Notes: generated from the letters alone by a model not told the origin. A DNA stretch of 57,204 nt from Candidatus Omnitrophota bacterium (GCA_043808095.1 JAZDFF010000035.1:1-57204); one strand, 5' to 3'; shown: positions 44,773 to 53,718, counted from the first letter of the stretch. Numbers and translations: made by a program.

Positions 44773-45310
44773 TATTTTTCTTGATTACCCAATTGGACAA
44801 TTTATCGAGGCTGGCCAGGATAATGATGTCCTCGGTGTAATTACCCACTAATTGAGGATTTTTGGAAATATAATCCAGGGTATGGCTTGAATTTAAGAGA
44901 TTGTTCAGATACTGGATATATCTTGAGAAGTCCAGGTCCTTCTTGAAACTGCCGCTTTCAATTCCTTTAAATATAAAGGGGCATTTTAAGTCTGCGGCCA
45001 GGGATATCTTCTGCCCGTCGCTCGTTAAGACAAAGGGATAAAGCTGGCAATCAAAAGGCCTGAACTCGTAGATCTTGCAGCGGTTGTCTTTTGCCGAAAG
45101 ACAGGGACAGATGTAACCGCCGTCAGAAGATATGAGTTCAAAACCATTGTTGTCAGTGACCTTGATTTTAGCCAGGTCTTTAGCCCTGATTTGTTCTGCC
45201 TCGTCTTTAGAAAGGACCGGCGACCAAACCGTTTCTTTCTCGGGGAAGCGGCAACAGATATCGCATTTTAAACAAACCTTTTCGGGGACAAGCTGTTTTA
45301 GGTCTTGCAT
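44738..45310 (-). CDS. YkgJ family (CxxCxxCC) cysteine cluster protein
   Basis: CLKCDICC, CPCL....NRC.IY..RP..C.LYPF. Confidence 0.85.
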   Translation of the reverse strand: MQDLKQLVPEKVCLKCDICCRFPEKETVWSPVLSKDEAEQIRAKDLAKIKVTDNNGFELISSDGGYICPCLSAKDNRCKIYEFRPFDCQLYPFVLTSDGQKISLAADLKCPFIFKGIESGSFKKDLDFSRYIQYLNNLLNSSHTLDYISKNPQLVGNYTEDIIILASLDKLSNWVIKKNNGIPEVKQALP

Positions 45311-45366
45311 TTGTTATTCTCCTTTAAAAAATAACTACGGTTTCAGAATTATTTTCCAGAGAGTAT

Positions 45367-45483
45367 AAAATGTCTAATTTCCTAATGTCGAATGCCGAAT
45401 AAATTCTTAAATGACTAATTTAAAATTAAGCATTTAATTATTAAAAAATTAATTAGTCATTCGGATTTAGGCATTAGTCATTA
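45367..45483. repeat. Heptamer inverted array (aatgtct/aatgact ... agtcatt)
   Basis: aatgtcta, aatgtcg, aatgccg, aatgact vs agtcatt, aggcatt, agtcatt. Confidence 0.7.
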
Positions 45484-45513
45484 TTTGCTTCTATTAAAGA
45501 CTGAGTTATTAAT

Positions 45514-45930
45514 TTACTCTCCTATAAATTGTACGATAACCTCTCTCTTACGGGGCCGGTTATCAAAATCGATTAAAATTATCTGTTGCCAGGTGCCTAA
45601 GGATAGTTTTGCGTTTATAAAAGGAAACGTTTTCGATGTACCCACGAGCGACGAACGAAGATGCGCATAGCCGTTGGCATCGCCCCAGGTGGCATCATGG
45701 TGGTAAGATTTATTTTTAGGAATTATGTCCTGGAATAATTTCTTTATGTCCTTAACGAGTGCTGGTTCATATTCACAGGTAGTAATCGCCGCAGTTGAGC
45801 CGGCAACTGAGACACTAACCATGCCACTTTTGAGCTTGGAGCGGCTTAAGAGGGACTGTAATTCTTGGGTAATATCAATGATGTCGGTATCACCGGCAGT
45901 TTCTAAACGGATGGAGTTTGTGACAATCAC
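45514..45930 (-). CDS. yjbQ: YjbQ (UPF0047) family protein
   Basis: STAAITT.E, YHHD....N..AHLRSSL.G, LGTWQQI..IDFD. Confidence 0.92.
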   Translation of the reverse strand: MIVTNSIRLETAGDTDIIDITQELQSLLSRSKLKSGMVSVSVAGSTAAITTCEYEPALVKDIKKLFQDIIPKNKSYHHDATWGDANGYAHLRSSLVGTSKTFPFINAKLSLGTWQQIILIDFDNRPRKREVIVQFIGE

Positions 45931-46247
45931 TTTACAATACTGCCTAAAACCATTTCCCGGTCAGGGGAAACTACGGATATACCTTTTTCGTCAGAGGTAG
46001 CAAGGATCATGCCCTGCGACTCTACCCCGCGCAGCATGGCAGGCTCTAAATTATTTACCAATACGACCTGGCGGCCGACTAAGGCCTCTTTTTGATAAGA
46101 ACCCTTTATCCCGGCAACAACCTGCTTAGTAGAATCGCCCGCATCAACCTTAATCACATATAATTTATCCGCATCGGGATGGTCGTTTACCTCAAGGATC
46201 TTAGCTACCTTCATCTCTAATTTCCTAAAGTCATCAATTGTAATCAT
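45927..46247 (-). CDS. Standalone tRNA-binding domain (MetRS C-terminal/CsaA/Trbp111-like)
   Basis: ITIDDF.KL, HPDADKL, NLEPA.LRGVESQGMIL. Confidence 0.9.
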   Translation of the reverse strand: MITIDDFRKLEMKVAKILEVNDHPDADKLYVIKVDAGDSTKQVVAGIKGSYQKEALVGRQVVLVNNLEPAMLRGVESQGMILATSDEKGISVVSPDREMVLGSIVK

Positions 46248-46262
46248 TGGGCCTCCGTTTTA

Positions 46263-46360
46263 CACAGATGAGCACAGATACCCGCCACAAAGATTAGCGG
46301 GTCCGCCAAAGTATTATGGCGGAAAAAGCTCACAGATTAGCACAGATATCTGCGCTAATC
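46263..46360 (+). repeat. 98-bp direct repeat, copy 2
   Basis: 95/98 identical to 43714-43811. Confidence 0.9.
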
Positions 46361-46571
46361 ACTGCCTGCAGGTACTATTAACCAAAATTATTTTGAATAA
46401 ATAGTTAGTAATCTACGTAAATTTTTTGCTCTTACTGAATTATTAAACACTTTTTGGAAGGAAAATATGGGTTGAATAAATAGGACTGCTTATCTTGCTC
46501 TGAAAAGTGTTTCCGCTTACGATTAAAATACCACAGACCGGAAAAAAAATCAAGGATTTTAATTTTGTTAT

Positions 46572-47495
46572 TTATAATCGCTGATAATAATTATAGGCGT
46601 AAAGGGCGACGCGGGAGATAAATGTCTTTGATAACCTGCTGGTAGCCGGGTGTTTGGTCAACACGCTTATAAGGAGGTCGCCTTTTTCGGTAAAAATAAT
46701 CCCCACGTCATGACAGGTATGGCGCTCTAAGCCGGTCTTGTGGGCGACCACGGTCCCGGCAGGGAGCCTTGCGGGGATGCGGTCGTTATACTTCTGGCGC
46801 TCCAGGAGATCAAGGCACTGCCGGGAGGCCTCATTACCCAATAACCGCCTCTTGTAGATGGCTTCCAGGATGTAGGCCATGTCATCGGGAGTGGTATAAT
46901 TTTCTATCCCCTTTCTCCTGTATCTAAAATCCATCATCTTGCGCGAGAGGTTGGTTTTCTCAAGGCCCAAACCCCTGAAATAACGATTGAGGTAATCGAA
47001 CCCTAATAAGTCGATGAGCATATTGGCTGCGGTATTGTCGCTCTGGGTAATCATTAATTCAATCAGCCTGGAAACTGTAATTTTTCTGCCGGCAGGCATA
47101 TTCTTTAAAATTCCCGAGCCGGAGACCTTGGATAATTTCCTGAGCGTAATTTTCTGGTCCAGTTTTATTTTTCCGTCGGCAGCAGCCTGAAAACATGCAG
47201 CCATTATGGGGATCTTGACCAGGCTTGCAGAAGGGAATAACCTGTCTTCGTTAAATGAGATTTTCCAGCCCGTGCGTAAATCTTTAACTACGATTCCGGC
47301 TTCACCTTTATATCTGGCGACCTCTTTTTTTAATTCCTCCCGGAACTCAAGCCAGGATGCCTTTCTCTTATTAAGGACTTCCCTGGCCGCCTTTGCCTGC
47401 TTCAGGTATTGATACTGTTTAGAGCCCGCGGCTACTGCGACTGCCAGCAATACCAATGCCGATGCCGATATCAAAAATATCTTTTTTCTTTTCAC
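46572..47495 (-). CDS. Class A beta-lactamase-like serine hydrolase
   Basis: SASLVK (SxxK), SDN, HKTG; N-terminal signal/anchor. Confidence 0.88.
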   Translation of the reverse strand: MKRKKIFLISASALVLLAVAVAAGSKQYQYLKQAKAAREVLNKRKASWLEFREELKKEVARYKGEAGIVVKDLRTGWKISFNEDRLFPSASLVKIPIMAACFQAAADGKIKLDQKITLRKLSKVSGSGILKNMPAGRKITVSRLIELMITQSDNTAANMLIDLLGFDYLNRYFRGLGLEKTNLSRKMMDFRYRRKGIENYTTPDDMAYILEAIYKRRLLGNEASRQCLDLLERQKYNDRIPARLPAGTVVAHKTGLERHTCHDVGIIFTEKGDLLISVLTKHPATSRLSKTFISRVALYAYNYYQRL

Positions 47496-47508
47496 GGAAT
47501 CCGCTCTT

Positions 47509-47925
47509 TTATAAATCTACGCAATAGGAGTGAATAAATTTCTCAACCGCTCTTACTGCTTCATCCTTAGATTTGGCAGGGCTGCTTGCGACCCAGACTG
47601 CGAATTCATACAATTGCGTCGTATCAACCTTCAGCCATTTTTTATTTAGGAAGAGAAAGGCCAATGTTGTGGTCATGGCAATACGTTTGTTACCGTTCTG
47701 GAAAGGGTGATTCTTAATCATCAGATAAAACATGATTGCCGCCTTAGCCACAAGGCCCGGATATAAAGATTTCTTAGAGAACCTCTGAAACGGAACAGCC
47801 AGGCAGCTCTCTAAGATATTGGGAAAACGCGTAGAAAATTCAGGGATGGGCTCATTAAAATCCATGGTCTCTTTGATTAATCTAAAGACAATGAATTCAA
47901 CTTCCATTACGGAAATGCTTTTCAT
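47509..47925 (-). CDS. doc: Doc-type Fic family toxin
   Basis: HPFQNGNKR motif, ILES.LA.P, Y.....KAA. Confidence 0.88.
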   Translation of the reverse strand: MKSISVMEVEFIVFRLIKETMDFNEPIPEFSTRFPNILESCLAVPFQRFSKKSLYPGLVAKAAIMFYLMIKNHPFQNGNKRIAMTTTLAFLFLNKKWLKVDTTQLYEFAVWVASSPAKSKDEAVRAVEKFIHSYCVDL

Positions 47926-47932
47926 AATGAAA

Positions 47933-48091
47933 TTATGCTCTCCCCAGAAGCCTTAAAGTTTCACCGTACTCTTTAACAGTCTTCTTTACTGCAGCTTCTA
48001 TTCTTTTTTTGTCTTTTTCAGTTAATCCTTTGTTTACCTTATCAAAATTTTTCTTGCAACTTGAGATTCTATTTTTTTCTGGTCTTGTCAT
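47933..48091 (-). CDS. 52-aa putative antitoxin (not in ORF track)
   Basis: Manual translation MTRPEKNRISSCKKNFDKVNKGLTEKDKKRIEAAVKKTVKEYGETLRLLGRA; ATGA overlap with upstream gene, ends 7 nt before doc. Confidence 0.7.
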   Translation of the reverse strand: MTRPEKNRISSCKKNFDKVNKGLTEKDKKRIEAAVKKTVKEYGETLRLLGRA

Positions 48092-48774
48092 TTTTCCCTC
48101 ATAAATTTATCATGTATAATTTTCCCAATTTCTAGCATTTCATCTTTGTCGAAAAAATTACCTTTAATAGAATTACATCTATAGCAACATAAAACAATGT
48201 TATTGATTGTATAACCCAATTTATTATTAATCCTATCTATGGTTAATCTTCGTAATTTTTTGTTTAATTTGTCAGTATCAAATCGTATATTATCAAAATT
48301 TCTTTTACAGTAAAAACATCGTTTTTCTTGATCCTCCCACCATTCAACAAAATCATCTTTCGTAATTGAAACTTCTAGTTTGCGTTTTCTGGCTGAGGCC
48401 ATTAAATGAAAGTAAAAATATATTGGATTTTTATATGAATATTCATATTTTAGTTTTACAATCTGTTTATGCCAACATTCATTACAAGCGCCACGAAAAT
48501 ATACCTTATTTCCTACCTTATATTTGTAAAAAGAATTTGTATCTTTTTTTTCTCCACACTTGATGCAAATCTTGCGAGTTAACAAACTATAGTTTATTTT
48601 TGGCTTCTTAACTATAAGTCCTTTTCGATAATCTACAATCTGTTTATGCCAACATTCATTACAAGCGCCACGAAAATATACCTTATTTCCTACCTTATAT
48701 TTGTAAAAAGAATTTGTATCTTTTTTTTCTCCACACCTAAAACATATCTTGTAATTTGATATATTAGAATCCAC
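48088..48774 (-). CDS. HNH-like endonuclease with duplicated N-terminal Zn finger
   Basis: CFYC...TIDRINN..GY..NNIVLCC..CN..K; two CxxC-x20-CxxC repeats; very AT-rich. Confidence 0.75.
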   Translation of the reverse strand: MDSNISNYKICFRCGEKKDTNSFYKYKVGNKVYFRGACNECWHKQIVDYRKGLIVKKPKINYSLLTRKICIKCGEKKDTNSFYKYKVGNKVYFRGACNECWHKQIVKLKYEYSYKNPIYFYFHLMASARKRKLEVSITKDDFVEWWEDQEKRCFYCKRNFDNIRFDTDKLNKKLRRLTIDRINNKLGYTINNIVLCCYRCNSIKGNFFDKDEMLEIGKIIHDKFMREK

Positions 48775-48853
48775 GATTATAATTTTTATTCTTTAGTTCT
48801 AAATTCAACTCGAATATAACAAAATTTTCTTAGTTACCAGGAAATTACAATAT

Positions 48854-48882
48854 AGATTAACATAAGTTAACTTGAAAGTCAA
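48854..48882 (-). promoter_or_regulatory. Sigma70-type promoter for HNH-antitoxin-doc operon
   Basis: TTGACT-N17-TAATCT with extended TG. Confidence 0.5.
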
Positions 48883-49010
48883 GAAAAAATTGCCAACTGC
48901 CGCTTAATTTTTGGCTTGTGTCATAAATACTTTTATGATCAAGCAAAAACTACAAACTTGTGTTTAGTTTTTGCTTATGCCGAATAAACTTATTCGGCGC
49001 AAGAAGAAAA
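48877..49010. repeat. Inverted homolog of the 33170-33490 hairpin mosaic
   Basis: Reverse complement matches 33371-33430 and 33230-33260. Confidence 0.8.
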
Positions 49011-49343
49011 TTGCCGGCTGGGGCGAAGGGGGATAATTTTTATGCTGATATTATACAATAAAATAAATTAAATTGATATCAAATTTAAAAAACCGCTCTT
49101 GGAGTTAGATTTTCAAATACTTGGGAGATTATTTAGAAAGTGATCGAGTGGTTCCTTCGACTTCGCTCAGGACTCCCTCGGCCTCAAACAAGTTTGAGGG
49201 CCTCGGTCGCGAGTGTTCGGGGTTATAGGGTTTAAGGTTTTCCCTCATTGCATTCAAGACTTCCCTTCGGTCGCAAGGGGTCAAGGTATCGAGGGTTCGA
49301 GGCAAAAAGTGCGTGTCCCCGGAAATAAAGAACAAAATCTAAC

Positions 49344-49991
49344 CTATTTCTTTACTCTATTAAGTAATGTGTCCCCAGAATTCGGGAATTTCCTCCTCCC
49401 ACTTAGTATGCCGAGCAGCGCGAAATATATCTCCCTGCATATCCATGCGTCGGTAGCCGCGTAAACTATCTGCGCGTGCGCAAGCGTCGGCGCGTCCCAG
49501 CGGGAGCACTGCATCTGTTTGGATACCCTGAAACCGAATAGCAGCGCCGCCAGGCCGCGTATGCCTGCGTTCTTTATTCCGGCCTTGGCCGCCATGCCTG
49601 CCAGTTCGATGAAACCTGAGGACCCGAGGGACAATACATCGTTCAGTTTCTTTATATCATTCGACACTCTAATGCCAGTTTTCAGCACATTCTGATTGGC
49701 CAAAATACCGGCAAGCGGTTTATGAGAATTGATACGCCCTATCTGGAATATATATACCCCGTCGCCGGCGGCAAGCTGGAGGATGGACGGCGGATAGGAT
49801 ACGCCCTTCTTAAAAGCGGGCCTCGTCTCCGTATCAAAACCCAAGACCTTCTCTCTGCCGAGAGACCGCACGGCCGCTCTCATCTTCGCGTCCGAATCTA
49901 TCACATGGATAGAGCCGGTGTAATGTTTGAGAGGCAGATCATTTATCTCTTTTTTTGATATAAAATGTCTCTGTAGGGTATGGGTAGGCAA
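49344..49991 (-). CDS. DEDDy 3'-5' exonuclease (RNase D/WRN-like)
   Basis: GFDTET, LQLA, S.W....L...QI.YAATDAW; GC-richer than flanks. Confidence 0.9.
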   Translation of the reverse strand: MPTHTLQRHFISKKEINDLPLKHYTGSIHVIDSDAKMRAAVRSLGREKVLGFDTETRPAFKKGVSYPPSILQLAAGDGVYIFQIGRINSHKPLAGILANQNVLKTGIRVSNDIKKLNDVLSLGSSGFIELAGMAAKAGIKNAGIRGLAALLFGFRVSKQMQCSRWDAPTLAHAQIVYAATDAWICREIYFALLGILSGRRKFPNSGDTLLNRVKK

Positions 49992-50084
49992 TTAAATCCT
50001 CAATATATCACGCGGCCTCTTCTAATATACAAATCATGGGGATACGATACTTAATTCTGAATTATGTAATGTGTCCCCGGCATT

Positions 50085-50219
50085 TTAATCCTCTTCTATC
50101 TCAAAACGGCAGCCGCAGACATTACACTCAAAGATTGACTTCTCATAATGCGGCTCAACAAACCTTGTATCTTTGCTCTTACACTTAGGGCATTCAACGG
50201 GGGCAGACCAGTCAGGCAT
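50085..50219 (-). CDS. Small Zn-ribbon protein
   Basis: CPKC...CNVC; start moved to ATG 50219 to avoid overlap with upstream gene. Confidence 0.55.
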   Translation of the reverse strand: MPDWSAPVECPKCKSKDTRFVEPHYEKSIFECNVCGCRFEIEED

Positions 50220-50268
50220 AATCTTCTCAGGGAGTTCTGACGCGAAATTTTCGAAATTTTTCGAATTT

Positions 50269-50655
50269 TTAATCTTCTGTTTTAAAAATCCCGATAGTAG
50301 TGACGCCTTCTTTGGGGGCATCGGGTTTCTGAAATTCATATGAAGGCTGGGCATAGGTTTTTATTCTATCCCATTGTGCCACTTTACCATCCAAAAATAA
50401 CACTCGGTAATAAGAAGAGGCGATGGGCTTAAATCTTCCTGCCGCGGATTCTTTTACCGGATATTTCCACGCCTCATATTGTTTGCCTTCCATTGTCACT
50501 ATCTTTTCCGCTACCGGCGCTCCTATTATTTTTACAACTTCCTCTTTACTCATCCCGGGCATAATGCCCTCAAGGCGCCGGTCATCAATACTTTGGAATC
50601 CAATAGCGCATCCGGTAAGGCCTATAAATAAAACTAAAATTATTAATTTTTTCAT
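50269..50655 (-). CDS. BamE/SmpA-like lipoprotein
   Basis: LTG-C lipobox; PGMSKEEV..IIG.P....W.Y....F.DGKV. Confidence 0.75.
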   Translation of the reverse strand: MKKLIILVLFIGLTGCAIGFQSIDDRRLEGIMPGMSKEEVVKIIGAPVAEKIVTMEGKQYEAWKYPVKESAAGRFKPIASSYYRVLFLDGKVAQWDRIKTYAQPSYEFQKPDAPKEGVTTIGIFKTED

Positions 50656-50675
50656 CCCTTCCTCCTTTTTCGAAA

Positions 50676-51956
50676 CTAAAATTGTTTTTTAAATTTAATA
50701 GTCACTTTATCGTCGGCCTTTTCTTTTTCTTGCGCCTGGCCAGTTTTGTTCTCTTGCTTTAATTCTTTTTCTCCTCCTATAGAAACATCTTCTGTGATTT
50801 TGTATTCACCTCCTACTTTCTGAGTTGTCTTTGGGATTTTGTCTTTTGTCTGAGACTGCTCAATGCCATAACTTGCTTCTGCTTTATCAGATACCTCTTT
50901 CTTGATCCCGATCCCTTTTGTCTCGCTCTCAAATCTTACCGAAATATCGCTTATTCCAAACTTTTCAGCAATTTTACCGCCTGAACCGGCAAAGACAAAA
51001 TAATCTATAAAATCTGCGGCTAAATCCGGCGATACCCTTTTCTGGCCAAGCGAGGCCTCAGTGCCCTTCCAGCTTTTTCCGGTTGCCAGCATAACTAACA
51101 GCCGTTCTTGAGCCATGGGTGGTTCTGAGGTCAGCTTCAAATCAGGCGCATCCATAGTACCTTTTACCACTATATTAATTTTAACTCTTTCAATATGAGA
51201 ATCCCCTTTAAGGTCAAGGCGGGGCCTCTTGGGATCACCGGAAAAATAAATTCTACTCTGCTGGAGCTTAACGGTAGTTTTACGCGCTGAAATTGTGCCG
51301 CCCTTGGCAGTTATCTCGCCTTTTACCTTAAGCTTGTCTTTAATATCTTTAAGCGTTATTGTAAATAGTCCGGGACAATCGATTATTGAAAAACCATTGC
51401 GCGAAAGCCTCTTAATCCGGAATTTCCCTGTTAATTCCGGTTCTAAAAATGAACCTTTAACATAAACGTCTAAATCGCTTATTTCACCTGAAATATTTTC
51501 CAAACTTTCAGTTTTTGTAAATAAATCAAAAAGCCCCCTGATATCAACATATCTTGAATATGCGTTAAGATCTAAAGAGCCGTTTTTGTAGGTACCGTCA
51601 AAATAAATTAGTTCTGAGTTAGGCAAATTTAACCTGCCGTTACCGATCTTAACATTAAGTCCTTCGGGACTGAAAGAGGCAAAATAAACTTCCAGTCTTT
51701 GAATTTTCAGGATACTGCCTTTGGGTAATCCTTTTGGATCCTTAATTTCGATACCTTTAAATAATAATCTATCTGACAGACTTCCTTCTGTCTTTTGGAT
51801 ATCTATGTCTTTGGACTCAACATATTTAGAAAGAACTGTCTTTGTAATGAAACCGGAACCCGTCGATGTAAAGAAAAAATAATAACTCAAAGTAAAGCCT
51901 ATTGCAAGAATGAAAACAACTATTACAAATAAAAAAACAATTTTTCTTCTTATCAT
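50676..51956 (-). CDS. Short TamB/DUF490-like (AsmA superfamily) protein
   Basis: N-terminal TM; F.GDP..P.LDL, I.V.G....P.L.LTSEP.M.Q..LL..L..G; terminal F. Confidence 0.8.
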   Translation of the reverse strand: MIRRKIVFLFVIVVFILAIGFTLSYYFFFTSTGSGFITKTVLSKYVESKDIDIQKTEGSLSDRLLFKGIEIKDPKGLPKGSILKIQRLEVYFASFSPEGLNVKIGNGRLNLPNSELIYFDGTYKNGSLDLNAYSRYVDIRGLFDLFTKTESLENISGEISDLDVYVKGSFLEPELTGKFRIKRLSRNGFSIIDCPGLFTITLKDIKDKLKVKGEITAKGGTISARKTTVKLQQSRIYFSGDPKRPRLDLKGDSHIERVKINIVVKGTMDAPDLKLTSEPPMAQERLLVMLATGKSWKGTEASLGQKRVSPDLAADFIDYFVFAGSGGKIAEKFGISDISVRFESETKGIGIKKEVSDKAEASYGIEQSQTKDKIPKTTQKVGGEYKITEDVSIGGEKELKQENKTGQAQEKEKADDKVTIKFKKQF

Positions 51957-51966
51957 AAGAAATTGC

Positions 51967-53031
51967 CTAAATCCATCCCTTTCTCTTAAAATAAATCAGC
52001 ATTCCCAAGATAACTCCTGCCATGATAGTTAAAGCGCCGAAGTAACCCCAGTGCCATCCTAACTCCGGCATATATTTAAAATTCATCCCGTAAACTCCTG
52101 CAATAAAAGTTATAGGAATGAATATTGTAGCTATAATAGTTAAGACCTTCATTACCTCATTCATCCTGTTGCTTATACTGGATAGATAAATATCAAGCAT
52201 TCCGGAGACCATATCCCGGGAAGTCTCAATTGTATCTATTACCTGGACCGTATGGTCATAGACGTCTCTCAAATATATTCGAGTCGATTCCTGGATTAGT
52301 TTGGATTCCGATCTCACTAATCCGCTGATTAATTCTCTTAATGGCCATACTGACTTACGTAAAAATATAATGTCGCCTTTTAAGCCATAGATTATCTTTA
52401 AATTCTTAGGGTTGGGGTTAATAATAACTGCCCCCTCTATACTTTCTATTCCCTCGCCTATCTTTTCCAAAATACTATAATAGCTATCGACTATTGCATC
52501 CACCAAGGCATACACAAGATAATCAGCTGCCATTTTTCTTATGCGGCCCTTGGCGTTTCTTATCCGTTCTCTAACGGGCTCAAACACGTCACCCGGGCGT
52601 TCCTGAAAGGAAATAACGCTATTTGCCCCTAAAATTAAACTTACCTGTTCTGCGTTAATCTCATTGTTTTTTTCATCGAAGTAAAGCATTTTTAAAACAA
52701 TATAGCTATAATCTTCGAATTCCTCATATTTTGGGCGTTGACTGGTATTGGCAATATCCTCTAACGTAAGAGGGTGCATATTAAAATGATTGCCTATTTT
52801 CTCTATAATCTCGAGTTCGTGTAAGCCATCAATGTTTATCCACGTTACTGTGGGCTTATCTTTGAAGGGAAAACATTCCTCGACTTTGTTTAATTCCTTT
52901 TCTTGAAACCGTGTTTCATCGTAATCAATTATTGTAATCTTTGCCCTTTCAGTCTTCTTTTCCCCTATATGAATTAATGTTCCGGGAGCTAATCCGGCTG
53001 TTCTTGATATTTTCTTAATAATTTTAGGCAT
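51967..53031 (-). CDS. corA: Magnesium/cobalt transporter CorA
   Basis: WINIDGL, HPLTLEDI, QRPK, YGMNF, MPEL. Confidence 0.96.
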   Translation of the reverse strand: MPKIIKKISRTAGLAPGTLIHIGEKKTERAKITIIDYDETRFQEKELNKVEECFPFKDKPTVTWINIDGLHELEIIEKIGNHFNMHPLTLEDIANTSQRPKYEEFEDYSYIVLKMLYFDEKNNEINAEQVSLILGANSVISFQERPGDVFEPVRERIRNAKGRIRKMAADYLVYALVDAIVDSYYSILEKIGEGIESIEGAVIINPNPKNLKIIYGLKGDIIFLRKSVWPLRELISGLVRSESKLIQESTRIYLRDVYDHTVQVIDTIETSRDMVSGMLDIYLSSISNRMNEVMKVLTIIATIFIPITFIAGVYGMNFKYMPELGWHWGYFGALTIMAGVILGMLIYFKRKGWI

Positions 53032-53379
53032 GTTTAGCCTCCTCTTATTTTCTTTAATTATACCACTTTCATTTCTAAAAGGTAAGGGATTTAGATTATA
53101 CTAAAAAGACGGCGACGGCCGTTTTCTTTCGGCATGAATTTTGTGTTGTGCGAACCAAGATTCTCGTGTGACAGGATTGTGACAGGGGAAAGGCTCCTCG
53201 CTTCTGACAGTTTGAATGGTGGAGGCTCGGAGTTAGTGAATTCCAGAATTCCGGGGACACGTACTTTTTTAATTGCGGAGTTGAGAGATGAGATTGTGAT
53301 TGGTGTACAATACTTGTTAAGCTCTGGCTCGGGCGGAGCCTCGCCAGAGCCCGTTGTTTCTTACCTTATCGCAAGTAGA

Positions 53380-53546
53380 AGGCACTACGTTCGCTATTTT
53401 GCTTGTCGCAAAATTACGCTCGCTTTAGTGCCGTTTTAATTTTCCTTGTCGGCACGTAGCAGGCACCAAGCTCACTGCTCGGCTTGTCGCCTCGCGACGT
53501 TCGCCTTGGTGCCGTTAAATTTTTCCTTGTCGGAAAAATTTAACGG
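53380..53546. repeat. Two imperfect ~81-bp units of hairpins with CTTGTCG loops
   Basis: cttgtcg at 53402, 53445, 53483, 53526; ggcac...gtgcc stems. Confidence 0.7.
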
Positions 53547-53619
53547 GGACGAGGGGATTTGAACCCCCGATCTTCAGATCGACAATCTGACGCGTTAAAC
53601 CAGACTACGCCACGTCCCC
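53544..53619 (-). tRNA. tRNA-Asp(GTC), CCA not encoded
   Basis: Cloverleaf: GGGGACG/CGTCCCC acceptor, TCAGA-TTGTCGA-TCTGA anticodon arm, GGTTCAAATCC, discriminator G. Confidence 0.93.
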
Positions 53620-53644
53620 TGAAATTTTGCAAAGTAAAATTTCA

Positions 53645-53718
53645 TGGGCGGAACAGGACTTGAACCTGCGACCTTTTGAATGTAAATCAAACGTTCTATC
53701 CAGCTGAACTATCCGCCC
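53645..53718 (-). tRNA. tRNA-Val(TAC), CCA not encoded
   Basis: GGGCGGA/TCCGCCC acceptor, TTTGA-TTTACAT-TCAAA anticodon arm, GGTTCAAGTCC, discriminator A. Confidence 0.93.

Noticed and set aside
48457-48736. DGR template/variable repeat pair
   Set aside because: Copies are identical with no adenine-specific differences, both lie in one ORF, and no reverse transcriptase is present
49014-49035. att-site duplicate of the tRNA-Asp 3' end (genomic island boundary)
   Set aside because: Only loose similarity and no integrase in the window
53134-53439. 101-aa + strand ORF
   Set aside because: No RBS or family motif; overlaps repeat elements in the tRNA trailer
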